DNA from: Rhynchopus sp. YZ270_cl-10
Taxonomy: Eukaryota
DNA: 64,000 nt
Direction: 5' to 3'
Assembly: GCA_964035575.1 (NCBI GenBank)
Contig: OZ037834.1
Coordinates: 2,108,001-2,172,000, forward strand
Shown here: piece after piece, positions 12,866-24,394 of the stretch
Position numbering within the stretch: position 1 is the first letter of the stretch
Layout of the letters: every line of letters starts with the position of its first letter
The notes under the pieces: generated by a model
Told to the model about the DNA's origin: nothing
Seen by the model: only the letters and a program-made list of their open reading frames with translations
Databases searched by the model: none
Made by a program: the position numbers and the translations under genes

Positions 12866-14176
12866 GGAAGGAGGATTGTCCATTAATCTGGGGTGATTTG
12901 TTCAGGGAAATAGCTTGGGTACTTTTGCTGGTTTCAAAACCAGAACGAGCTGGTTTACTGGTTTGGGCCAGGGCCTTCAACCATCGACAAAGTCTGTCCA
13001 CAGTTTTGTCGAAGTAAAAAAAAAATTGGCCTCCCCGCCCGCGCGCGCTTCGCGCGCGCGGGTGCAGCATCACACAGGAGAGAAGCTCTCAGGGGTGTAT
13101 ACAGGTTTTGGTGTATTTCAATACAAGCATTGTAGCCACTGGTGACCCACAATCCGTAGTGGGTATCGCACCTGTCTTATCAGTAAGCTCAGTACATTTA
13201 CAACAACAAAGGTCCCTGGCGAAGCCACGGTACGCAACATTTCAAATATTGCGCATACCATGGCGCTTTATTTACAGCCAAACTATGTCAGGGGAAGGGT
13301 GGGATGCTGCGCAGGCGCACAGTACGCTACTTTTTCCTGGCTCGCTCCTCGTTGGGTTCTACGAGCTCTGTCCAAATGGTCACAGTGAATCACAGGAGAA
13401 TGTTAAAGTTAAAACCCTGACCCGAGTTTCTCCCGTGGACTACCCTGCAACTCGGTCAGACATAAAAGGATTTTGCCAAATCCCATTTTTTTTTTTAGGA
13501 TTTTCCATACACTTTTTAATCACGACAAGATGAAAACTGTCACGAAATTTGTGCACTTTTGCATATTTTACAAAAATGTCGCCAGGTGACATTAATTCTG
13601 GGACACACTGTGCATGGTAAACGAATGACTAGCATAGGGCGTTTTTTATAAGTAAGAGAAAACCGAACGGAGTGGGAACGTAGTGAGAGCGCAGCGGAAA
13701 CGATAGTGGGAACGCAACGAGCTTTTTTCATAATATTTTATTCTTCCCCACAAAATATCACGCGCAGAGAAAGACTCGTTTTTCACACAGCGCGTCCGGT
13801 TGTTTGTTTTTCTCAAACGACACCTTTTTTCAAATTTTTTCCCCCCCGGTATCACATATGATACTGTTTTCCATGGATACACATGAAAAGGAGTTCCGTG
13901 CTATTCACAGAACTCGATAGGCGATTGAGCTTATCTAACAACAACCAAAACAAAAGAAAGTACAAAAGAAGAGAATAAAAAATGCAGGAAAAATAGACAA
14001 AGAGAAAAACAAAGAGATTTTGACAAAGTGAACAATAAAAAAAAGTGAACAAATACGTGTTTGCCTCGGGCTTTTGCTACCCCCTAACCCCCTCCCCCCA
14101 TCTCTCCTCTCTCATCTCTATCACACACAGACTCAACCCTGCATTTATTTTGCCCACTCTCCCCCCCCCCCTAGGG

Positions 14177-16612
14177 CAGTGCTTTTAGGAAACGTGGGGA
14201 AACGCACGTTTCCCAAAAAACTGGGAAACGGAAACGTTGGGAAACGGGAAACGTTGGCGTTTCTTTGTTGGAAACGTTACGAAACGTGGTTTTGGGAAAC
14301 GTGAAGGGAAACGGGGAAAACAAAAAAAAACCCCCCGCGACGATGTCTTTATCACCACAGCGTCACAACAGGAACAACATCACAAAAAATTGTACATGAG
14401 TGGTGACAATACTCAGTTGGGACATCATAAAAGATGTCGGGATGGCTTCCAAACTGATCTGAGGACAGATACTGCACTCCGCCCAAGCTGAGATTGTTAC
14501 AACCCCACCCAAGAAAAAACAAGTCGCTGAGATTTTTTTTTGAGGTCAACCTACCTGGGGTTCTTTATTGGATACCAACAAAGACAAAAAAGTAGGTGTT
14601 GAAAATGCGCAGTTTCAACAGGAAAAAAACACAATGAAAACAAAGAACGTAAAAAAAAACAAAAAAAAACAAAAAAAAAATCATCCTTCGATTCCATCCA
14701 CACTGTCGTCTCCTAGCACCACCTCGTCAAGCTCCCAGTAACCGGCCACGACGTGGGTGGTGGACGTGTTCCTCTTGTTGTACAGAATGCGTGTAAGTTT
14801 GTCAGCCGTGCTGGCTGACAACCCATTGCGCTTCCTGGTTTTTACGTCGCCGTAGCAGCTCCAACCTCTCTCAGCCGCACCAACAGATGAAGTGAGCGGA
14901 ATGTTGGTGACAGTGCATGTGCCGCGTTGTGGATGGGGGCTGCAACGTATTTCCATCTGGTGTTCACCCTGTCTGCAATTTTTTGCTTACGTGCTGCCGT
15001 GAGGAATTGAGTTATGGGTAGCGCTTCGATGTTCTTCTTCAGCTCGGCGAAACCCTCCTTCACGTACTCCACGGAAGCGCTGTTCCCCGACGCGTCGTCG
15101 TTGTCGTAACGCTTCAACACGGTGAAGATCACATCTCCAATGTGCCACGCCCCCTCCAGCTTCTTCCAGAAGGCGTCCTGGAGCACAACCGACGCCCATT
15201 CGGTAGCTGTGGCCTTCGCATCCGCACTCCTTAGCTGAGCCTTCCACTCGCCAAAGCCTTCACCAGCAAACATCTCACGCAGCGGCCCTTTCAAGTCCAG
15301 CAACCGTTGCATCATGATAAAAAAGCTTCCAAAGCGAGTGTCCACAGGTAGCAGCAGCCTCTTGTCGGACCTCTCCTCAAGAAGTGTGACCAAGCGCTGG
15401 CGTGTCTTCACCCACTTCGCCAACGCCGTAGCTTTGTGCACGACTTCATTGAAGAATTTGAATTCTTCCTTTGTGCTCGCTTTGGAGGAGTCACCTAGAT
15501 CTTCTAAAAGAAGATCATAGGTGTGGAGAACACAAACAGACGTTAACACCTTCTCAACCCGGGCTCGAATTAAGGGGAGGGCCTCCTTGCATGCCCCATC
15601 AACACAAATGTGTATCAGCTTCGACCTTACCTCCTCGGGGATAAGCACAGGAAGGGAGCAGATATAGTCTGCGATCGCGGCCATAGTTTTTCTCTTGCTC
15701 GTCTTGTTATCTACATAGTACGTCGATGTGGACGTACTCACGATCCCGTTAAAGATGGACCTGTCGTTGCAATCAGTCCAGCCGTCCGACAATAACGACA
15801 GCCCGAACTTTGCTTCGGCAAGCATGCCCTTTTCGCAGAGTTTGTCCATCTCTGCGACGTACTCCTGCAGTAGTTCGCCTGCAAGGTCGTCGGGGGATGG
15901 CGGCTTGAACTCGGATGCCTCAGATTGAGACATCCGCGACAACATCATGACTAACGTCATGAATGAGCGGCTCTTTGCTTTCCGGAAGGGAATGCACTCT
16001 TCGTAGAAGAAGTCCCTAATACTCTGCATGGCTTCGATCTTGGTGGTTACGCGTGTGAGAAAGGGGTCTAGCGACGTTTGTTTGTTGTCCTTCTGCTGCG
16101 TTACCTTCGCCTCTGTGTTCTGCAACTTCGCTTTTGCTATTTCAAACTCATCCTTCTTGTCGTCTTTTGGGGAGCACGCAGTCACTGACGACCCCTTCCC
16201 AAGGAGGTGTTCTTTGATCCTCCCCGCAGACGACACTGAGAATTTCTTATCACAAAAGGTGCACTCCACCTTCCGGAGCTTTGTCCCTGCACCTTCCACA
16301 ACCTTCACGTAGTCCCACGCGTCATCCGCCTTCCTTTTGGGCATTATGCAAATCTACGGTATAAATGTGTTTGTCTGAAGTGCAGAAAGCGTCGGAGAAC
16401 GGGGGAGAAAAGAGAGAGGAGAAAACAAGCGGGGAGGGGATACACAGACGTGCGACTTTTCGCGAGGGTCTTGAGCGTTTTGTCAAATACTATGTGTTAA
16501 CTAAAGAAAACCCCTTGCAACGTTTCTTTAGCGTTTCCTCAACGTTTCCCAAGAATCTGGGAAACGTCAACGTTTCCTTTTGGGAAACGTTGACCGTTTC
16601 CTAGGCGCACTG
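14177..16612 (-). mobile_element. hAT transposon, 18-bp imperfect TIR, 8-bp TSD CCCTAGGG
   Basis: CAGTGCTTTTAGGAAACG (left) vs CAGTGCGCCTAGGAAACG (right, reverse complement); CCCTAGGG at 14169-14176 and 16613-16620; subterminal GGAAACG repeats. Confidence 0.93.
14681..16344 (-). pseudogene. hAT transposase (BED finger, DGW catalytic motif, C-terminal dimerisation region) with a probable internal deletion/frameshift near 14900
   Basis: W-x-Y...CTFC...HL BED finger, 'LLSDGWTD', 'CVLHTYDLLLED', 'DTRFGS', 'AHALSP'; the 'SSVGAAERGWS...RNGL' segment follows at once in another frame and the usual WW-containing linker is missing. Confidence 0.85.
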
Positions 16613-16615
16613 CCC

Positions 16616-17813
16616 TAGGGGAGGGTCACTGCACGTTAAATCTCTCGATAAATGCGATTTTTCCGATTTTGATCCTCAGAACCGCAGAAGTCCCCGAAAA
16701 CTATACCAAACCACCTAGGGGACCCAAAAAACGCACCAGCGCCCCAGTTTTGACACAGAAACACTCAGATGATGCCTGAAATGCAATTTTAAAAGAGTGC
16801 CTACAGAACTTGTACCTGCCCACCCCTGTAGATAGAGCAACTCACACATCCATCACGCCTCAGTGTGTGCCAGGGGCCAGAAAAGCCCCCAAAGCCACAT
16901 ATTTTCACCCCAGAACCTATCCCGAGGGGTACCCAGGCTGTTTCGGGGTGTTTAGAGGGACTTGGTGGAACTTAGAACCATGTTTCAAAAAGGGTACAAG
17001 TACTGTGCCAAGGGTTTGCCCTCTCAAGGGACCAAGTACTTGTACCCTTTTTGAAACATGGTTCTAAGTTCCACCAAGTCCCTCTAAACACCCCGAAACA
17101 GCCTGGGTACCCCTCGGGATAGGTTCTGGGGTGAAAATATGTGGCTTTGGGGGCTTTTCTGGCCCCTGGCTCACACTGAGGCGTGATGGATGTGTGAGTT
17201 GCTCTATCTACAGGGGGGGTGGGCAGGTACAAGTTGGTGGTCACTTTTAAAAAACGCAAAAAAGTCGCTCAGAAGTGGTCAAAAGTGCCCAAAACCGGGC
17301 GGAATTCGATTTTTGGGGTCCAAATGGGCCTATGGTGTGGTTTTTTTTGACCTCAGGGGGTATTTTTTGATTTATTGCCTACTTCACGCTTTTTGACGGC
17401 TTCAGATACCTTAGGGTGGGAAAACCCTTGGCACAGCACTTGTACCCTTTTTGAAACATGGTTCTAAGTTCCACCAAGTCCCTCTAAACACCCCGAAACA
17501 GCCTGGGTACCCCTCGGGATAGGTTCTGGGGTGAAAATATGTGGCTTTGGGGGCTTTTCTGGCCCCTGGCCCACACTGAGGCGTGATGAATGTGTGATTT
17601 GCTCTATCTACAGGGGTGGGCAGGTACAAGTTCTGTAGGCATTTTTTAAAAATTGCATTTCAGGCATCATCTGAGTGTTTCTGTGTCAAAACTGGGGCGC
17701 TGGTGCGTTTTTTGGGTCCCCTAGGTGGTTTGGTATAGTTTTCGGGGACTTCTGCGGTTCTGAGGATCAAAATCGGAAAAATCGCATTTATCGAGTACAG
17801 TGACCCTCCCCTA
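16616..17813. mobile_element. TAGG-type non-autonomous element E in a poly-C tract, with long internal inverted repeats
   Basis: 16-bp TIR TAGGGGAGGGTCACTG / CAGTGACCCTCCCCTA; arms about 16645-17015 and 17425-17795 are inverted copies; C-runs at 14161-14171 and 17814-17830. Confidence 0.88.
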
Positions 17814-17989
17814 CCCCCCCCCCCCCCCCCATCATCCCCTTTCTCCCCCTGAGTTATTTCCAACCAGGGGTTTTTTTCTCTCTCTTCCCCTCCCCTTTAG
17901 GCTGGTGGAGGGTATCTTTGTGGCCTTGCTTCTGGAAGGAGGGAAGGCGTGAGAGAAAGAGAGAAAGAGAGGGGAGGAGGAAGGGGGCA

Positions 17990-20756
17990 ATGCCGTCCGC
18001 TGAGGATACGCTGTGCCACGACTGCTTGTATGAGAAGGGGAGCAGCAAGTTCTGTGGTGCGACAGGCAAGCCACACAACCCGGTATGTACCTCCCACCAC
18101 CTCTGGGGGATATTCCCCGTCTTTTTTTTTAGTTGCTATGCGATAACGAATGTGATCAAGGTGACTAAGCACGAGAGAAACCAAAGAATAATCTAATCAG
18201 ACAAAACTGGCAAAACTGGCAAAACTGCGAATAGTACAATTTTTTTTCGCCTGCGGCGCCCACCACCCTCCCCTCTCCTTCCTGTGGACCACCTTGCCTT
18301 GCGTCTCTTCGCAAAAAAAGCAAGAATTGGGCTGTTTTGAGCATCACATATTTATTACCCGGTCATTTTCTGTACAAAAAAAAATCTACCTGTACATTCT
18401 GTGTATGGCCAGCGCCTTAGCAAAAATTCGAAAAATCTCAAAAAACGAAGATAACATTTTTTCGTGGAAATTTCGACCCCTGAGTTGGGTCTTTGGGAAC
18501 CAAAAAATGCAAAAAAAAAACGCAAAAATCAGGTATTTTGACCATCTGGGGCTTCGCCAAATACACTTCTGCAGCCGTCTGCCCTTTTTATGCTCTAAAT
18601 TGCCATGCCTCTGCACATCCATCCATTTTTTCCACTTCAACTTTATACCATGTTAAATAAAATATTGTATCAAATGAAAATCAGGCAGATTTTCACTTGT
18701 GGGTGACTTTTTCACTCGTTTCTATTACTTCACTCGCTTCGCTCGTGAAGTAAAATAACTCGTGAAAAAGTCACCCACGCGTGAAAATCAAGCGATCTGA
18801 TTTTCATTTAATAAATAGCTATAATTATTGGCGGGAGAGGTATTGTAGTTTTGGACATTCATTTTCCACAAACAGGAACTGAGTACGACGGAGATGCAAA
18901 CTGATCCGGACCTGACCAAGTGGGTGTGGAACGACAGACTCAATGAAAAAATTCTCGAGGAGTATACGTACATCGGAGCTGAGGTTGCCAAGACTGCGAC
19001 TCTTCAGTACCTTAAGGGGGTGCTGGGTGTTGGCAGTGAAGAGGACTGCATGTTCGCCACTACAGACCTTAAGGGCAGGGGCGGCATACGGTCAAAGATC
19101 TTCTGCCACAAGGGGCTGATGGGCATGGGGAAGACGCGTCTGCACAACGAACTGTGCTCAAGCGAATCAGAAGTCGGGAAGGGTGTCGTAGCTGCAATGG
19201 CGGAGGCAAAGAAGCCGGTGAAGTTCATCAGAATCACGTACAACGAGCAGTACTATGTCTCAGAAAAGCTGCGGGGATCATCAGAACCGGTGACTTTTAT
19301 GCAGCACCTGCTGAACTTCCATGCCCTCGATGATGCAGAGGCTGCGAAGGTACCCACTGCTGCTGCTGCCGTAGGTTACATCCGCACGAAGCTGGAGATG
19401 CAAGATGGCACCGCCCTCGTTGTGTGCGTCGACGAATTGGCGAGCATGAAATACACGCCCCGTGCAATATCTTACAGTGCGCACTTGGAAACGCTCGGGG
19501 GACTGATCCGGGATCTTCTAGCGATGCAAGACCATACTCGGAACTCTGAGCAACCTCTTGTTTTCCTATTTTCTTCCGTCACCGAATCAATGCTTACTGA
19601 GGCTGCGAAGGCATCGAGTCGCCGGCCAGTAGCAGCCACACTTCCCAATATTGGCAAGACTGAGTTACGACAGCTCTTGTTCGCTACACATCCTCATTTG
19701 AAACACTTCGAAGGATCGCCCGTATTTGAGTTGCTCTTCCAGCTCTGTGCACCCACACCTCGGCACGCACTGGAGGGTTTGCCAAAAGCGTTAAAAGACA
19801 AGAAATCACTGGGGGACGTCTCATCCGGTGAACTCTTAGTATTCGTGAAAGTTGTACTTGACTGCAGCTCTACCCAAGGATATAACGACGACCATCACAA
19901 GCTTGTCAACGGCACTGTCCTGAACATGTTACAGCGGGAATGCCTAACTGATGCACAAGAGACATCCCTCTCAGATATGGGATGGTTGTTAAGATGGGGG
20001 AGCAAATACGTTCTGCACCCGATGGTTATTAGGGCGTGGGCCGCAGGAACACAGGGGGACGACACCAAAGACATACGCGTCGTTCTCAGGAAGATGTTCT
20101 TTGCTGATGACGAATGTCAAGGAGGATTCGAAGTTGTCGCAGAGAAGGTATTCATCTACTTCGAGCAAGCAAGGCGGCTGAGCTTTCCATCTGGCCGCCA
20201 GACAACGCTTTCTGAGCACTACCCTGGAGGGACGTTCCATGAGTGTTTGGGGATAGAGACACGGCTGCTGGCATTACCGAGGGGCGAAATCAAATATATG
20301 GAGAGCTTCGACGATACGCAGAGTTGCAAAACTGCGCTCAACGACGGTTGTATTATAGTTTCTCGTAAGCGAAACGAAGCAGGGGTGGAGTGTATCTTTC
20401 CTTTTCGTGTGGATTCCGACACTGTGTGGTGTGCTGGGGTGCAGGTCAAGTTCACAGGGCAAGACGGAGTAGACGACAAGGTCGGAGTGAAAATATTTAA
20501 GAATCCTGCTATGCAGGAGCTGGAAAATAGCATAGGGTTCATGTGCTTTGGGATCCTGTTTTCGACACAACGAGACTCTGCAGCAGAGTTTAGGGGTGTT
20601 TGTTCGTTTAACCAGGAAGCTCTCACCGAGTTGATGGAACCCATGGTCGGACCGTTGCGTATGTTGCTTCAGAAGATGTCTCCATCGCGCCTGGAGAAAA
20701 TGGCAGGGTCAAAAAGAGGCTCCGGTGCACTGGATACGACACTACAGAGTCAATAA
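17990..20756 (+). CDS. Crinkler/RHS-like protein: Cys/His header, P-loop NTPase, PD-(D/E)xK-like C-terminal domain; exons 17990-18082 and 18876-20756 (about 657 aa)
   Basis: Walker A 'GLMGMGKT', Walker B 'VVCVDE', C-terminal 'NEAGVECIF...GVQVK'; phase-0 intron 18083-18875 (GTATGT...ACAG) joins exon 'MPSAEDTLCHDC...FCGATGKPHNP' in frame. Confidence 0.7.
18669..18822. mobile_element. Bulged hairpin of about 145 bp with CTCGCTTCGCTCG apex followed by ATAAATAGCTAT; Crypton-like non-autonomous end, intronic
   Basis: Arms such as GTGGGTGACTTTTTCAC / GTGAAAAAGTCACCCAC; same architecture as 31041-31214. Confidence 0.6.
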
Positions 20757-20773
20757 AGGCGAGAAGACTTTTC

Positions 20774-21734
20774 GAAGCTGCCGCTGTGGGGTCGAAGAAC
20801 GAAGGGGTTCGCATGAAGCTGGCACATTACCGTGCAGGATCCGGATCGGTTTCTTCGGTGTCAACCGTACCACGATTTCCGCCTCAGGCTCCGAGGAATG
20901 AAGTCTCCGTGTTCGATTCTCCAGCAGTTTCATCACCAACCAGCCATCTCGCACCACTCCATGTGAGAAGTCCATTCGATGCATATGCAACCTCATCAGT
21001 CTTCCGTGCAGAGGTGGGTATAGATAGCGGGCCAGAGAGTCTTACCATGCAGCATCGTTCCGTTTCGTACGCAGAGCAACGTAGTGTGTCTGCGGTCAGG
21101 CATCCTACACCGCCTCCGCCGCAGCGTCTCGGTGGTGGTGGTGGTGGGATTCCGGCACAACCCACCCCACAGACGTCCCCCAAACCCGAGGAAGCCTGGC
21201 TCCGTGAACGCAACCCACCAGGCAACGTAACGCCACCCCTAAAATCAGCAGAAAAACCCAAAGAAGAGCCGTGGTATCTCCAATCATGGCGGTCGCCTCA
21301 AAAAGGGGAGCAACCACCACCCCCACCACCACCGCCCCGCTCTGCAAGCACGCCGACACCTCCAGTAGATCTATCAGCAAAGGCAAAAGATGTGTTGGTG
21401 CCGGTAATAGAGCGGCTTATGGTAGAAGCAGATCAGACAAATCCATTGTATGCAGTGGAGCCCGCGACAGTAGCGCAAAATCTTGCCCAAGGAGTAGCGT
21501 TAAAGAAGACAGACGAAACACTGCAAGAGCGCATTACCCGTCTCGCGCGGGTCGAGCGGTTAGACCAAGAGCGGGAGGAGGTGGTGTCCGACCCAGACGC
21601 GCACATCCCCTCGTCGCACCGGATTCGGCAACTCATGGCACAGCTTGTGTCAAGGCTTGAGGATGCAAAGGGGCATGTCACCCCTGGGTCGGTGGTGTAG
21701 GGAAGGAGGGAGGGTTGTCCATTAATCTGGGGGT
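20774..21734 (+). other. Chimeric duplicate: copy of about 4632-5201 fused in frame to a copy of about 12516-12895 (ORF 20786..21700, first ATG 20813)
   Basis: Near-identical sequence and translation to both donors; junction at about 21349/21350. Confidence 0.9.
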
Positions 21735-21932
21735 GGTTTTTTTGAAAAGAGCAAAAAAAAAAAAGGCAGGATTTTTAAAAATTGAAGACATATTCCCTCA
21801 ATATCTCAACACAGCAAAAAGAAATTGGCAAAATAAAAAAAAAGGCCAGAACACAAAAAAGAAAAATGCTTTCGTAGGGTCATTCTGTTGGGATAAATAA
21901 AAGAGGTAGAGGGGGGAGAAGATACAAAAAAA

Positions 21933-23888
21933 ATGCCTCGCCCAACACCCGCCCTTGGGATGCTTGCTGTGCTCGGGGTGATTGGAGGTGCTCTGCTCAT
22001 TGGATTGCACCTGAGTGTACCAGATGGCTCCTCCACCACCACCACCACCCCACATACACCCCTCGCATTGGAAGCCACCACCCTTGATATTTCCTCCGCA
22101 TTTTCTATTGTTGAAGCGCGAATCTGGCGGTTTTTTGATACCAAATCACACATGGACACATGCAACGCTACCTGCAGTGACACACCCTATTGTCCTCTTA
22201 AGGTTTCCGTTACCAGCTGTCTCTGTGCATATGATGTTACCTTAGGAAGGGTCTGTCAAATGGTAGGGGAAAAGCCGTTAGGGGAAACTTCGATTGTGCA
22301 GGTAGGAGGGGGAGTGGGTGTGCTGGCGGTGGTGGGAAAGGGGGTGGTGTTTGGGCAGGTGAATCTGACGGCAGTGGCAGAGCGGTTGAGGGAACGTTGC
22401 GGTGCGTTGCTGCGGTGCGTTCTTCTCGCAGATGGGACTGTCGTGGGGAATTCTTCTGATGTGCACAGTACGAACAAAACACTCCCTATTTTCGAAGAAC
22501 GCATCCACATGGAACACAATACCACATTCCGTTTAATATCCTACCTCAACCCCGTCAAATCTAATGACAAAGATGAAGATGAAGATGACACCCTTCTCTT
22601 CACCTCCATCCTCTGCTTAACTGCGGTATTTCTTCTTCTTCTCCTTTCCATTATCACAGCAATTCTCTTTTCAATACAATCTCATGTTCTCCGTGTCCAC
22701 GAGGTCCTCCAAATAGAAGGGATCGATGTGGATAATAGATGCAATCCTGTAGAAATGCTTCAATCTATGCATGTGGCATTATATAATAGGCTGTTACAGT
22801 ATAAAGGGTGTGTGCCTTATACGTCTTTGGTGGAAAGTGAGGGAGAGGAGGATGATGAGGAGGAGGTGGTGCACGGAGGGGGTACGACTTTGAGTGTCCC
22901 GGAGGCTCCTCCACCGCATCGGCAGGGAAGTGGGAGAGGCGGGTTTTTGAGGGAAAGGAGCAGAGAGCATTTGAAGCCGTCTCTTTCCTCTGCGAAGCTG
23001 TCGGCCTGTTCACTGTCTTCGGGAAGTCTTACATCGCACATCGCAGCTCCCTGGAAGACGAAGACGGTGACGACGATATGGTTCAACGTATGCTCTTCTC
23101 ACAAACGCCATGCCGCTGCTCCAACCGAATTTCAAGCAGAGCTTCTCGATATAATGTCTACCCTCGCCATGGCAACGACATCTTGTGGTGGGCTATTTGA
23201 CCTTCTTGCCGGGGATCATATGCTAAGTGTTTACAACGCATTTGTTTCTTGTACACAACACCGCCTCGCCGCGTTCACCAGTGTAACCAGAGCGAAAAAG
23301 GACCTTCCCTGTGAGGTCTCCTTTTCGGTCTGCTCTGGACCAGCCTCTGTTGGGAGGATGGGGTGTTCCACGTTGCGGCAGAATGGGGTGTTTGCGACTG
23401 CCATCGCGTTTGGCGCTGCGTTAGAGCGGCTGAACTGCACCGAACGCTGGGGAGGAGTGGTGGACCAATTCGCGCTGGAAGGCGGGCTTGATATGCGACA
23501 GCGCTACGTGGCGGCAGTGTATTCGGCAAAGCGGCACCACAAGGCGGTGCTGGTCTCCATCTTCACAGAGTGTCTCGACGCACCCAAGGATGAGGAGTGG
23601 ATGTACCAGGTCCAGCACCTTGAAGACAACGATGTGGCGCACAACGTTAACAGTATATGGGCTGCCGTCATGCGATGTGAGTGGCGTGCTGCGCATGAGC
23701 GTCTGTGCACAGAAGACGCAACGGAAGGTCGCGGCCGCAGCCTCGTGTCTAAAGCGCTGCGTACCATGGTCGTGAACCGGCAACGGTGTATCTACCTCCT
23801 AGACTCAACCTCGTTGGAGACAGAGCTCAGCAGTGGTGATCTGGCACGTCTCTCCACATCAGGCTCTTCGGAGGAACGTTGTTGGTGA
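21933..23888 (+). CDS. Membrane protein with a degenerate class III adenylate/guanylate cyclase-like domain
   Basis: Two TM segments, then 'TVTTIWFNV', 'LAGDHMLSVYNA', 'GPASVGRMG' and 'EEWMYQ'; the first metal-binding Asp appears replaced by Asn. Confidence 0.65.
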   Translation: MPRPTPALGMLAVLGVIGGALLIGLHLSVPDGSSTTTTTPHTPLALEATTLDISSAFSIVEARIWRFFDTKSHMDTCNATCSDTPYCPLKVSVTSCLCAYDVTLGRVCQMVGEKPLGETSIVQVGGGVGVLAVVGKGVVFGQVNLTAVAERLRERCGALLRCVLLADGTVVGNSSDVHSTNKTLPIFEERIHMEHNTTFRLISYLNPVKSNDKDEDEDDTLLFTSILCLTAVFLLLLLSIITAILFSIQSHVLRVHEVLQIEGIDVDNRCNPVEMLQSMHVALYNRLLQYKGCVPYTSLVESEGEEDDEEEVVHGGGTTLSVPEAPPPHRQGSGRGGFLRERSREHLKPSLSSAKLSACSLSSGSLTSHIAAPWKTKTVTTIWFNVCSSHKRHAAAPTEFQAELLDIMSTLAMATTSCGGLFDLLAGDHMLSVYNAFVSCTQHRLAAFTSVTRAKKDLPCEVSFSVCSGPASVGRMGCSTLRQNGVFATAIAFGAALERLNCTERWGGVVDQFALEGGLDMRQRYVAAVYSAKRHHKAVLVSIFTECLDAPKDEEWMYQVQHLEDNDVAHNVNSIWAAVMRCEWRAAHERLCTEDATEGRGRSLVSKALRTMVVNRQRCIYLLDSTSLETELSSGDLARLSTSGSSEERCW

Positions 23889-24394
23889 GGATGGGGAGGG
23901 GGGTGATGAATGAATCCTTCTCTGCCTCCCCCCCTTCTGTTCCTAAACGCATACAGCGACTGAAACATTGATGCCCAACTACTATATTTTCTCTGTAGAT
24001 ATTCTTTTTGTTTCAGTGCGTCCGATGAGGGGTGAGGCATTTTGCACATTTCAACTTCTCTTTAGAAATGACATGAAAACGAAAATCCTTTTTACATTTT
24101 TTGTGGTATTTTCTTTGGCCCCACGCCAAAATAAAAAAGAAATTGTGAGCAACCATTTTTTCCACTTCTTCTTTTTGCTGTATTAATTCGCTCCCCTTTT
24201 CTTCCCTCCCCTCCCCTCCCTTTCATGCTCTCTAAATCTAAACACAAAACAAAGCCTGAAAGAAGCAGATGTGCCACAATGAGTTGTTGTGGCGAGGCGT
24301 TACCTGCTGTGGTCATGTAGACAGCGCCCCTGCCGCGGGCAGCAGGCAGAAGGCACCACAGCCCCCATTTCCCCCCCCCCCCCCCCCCCTTAGG

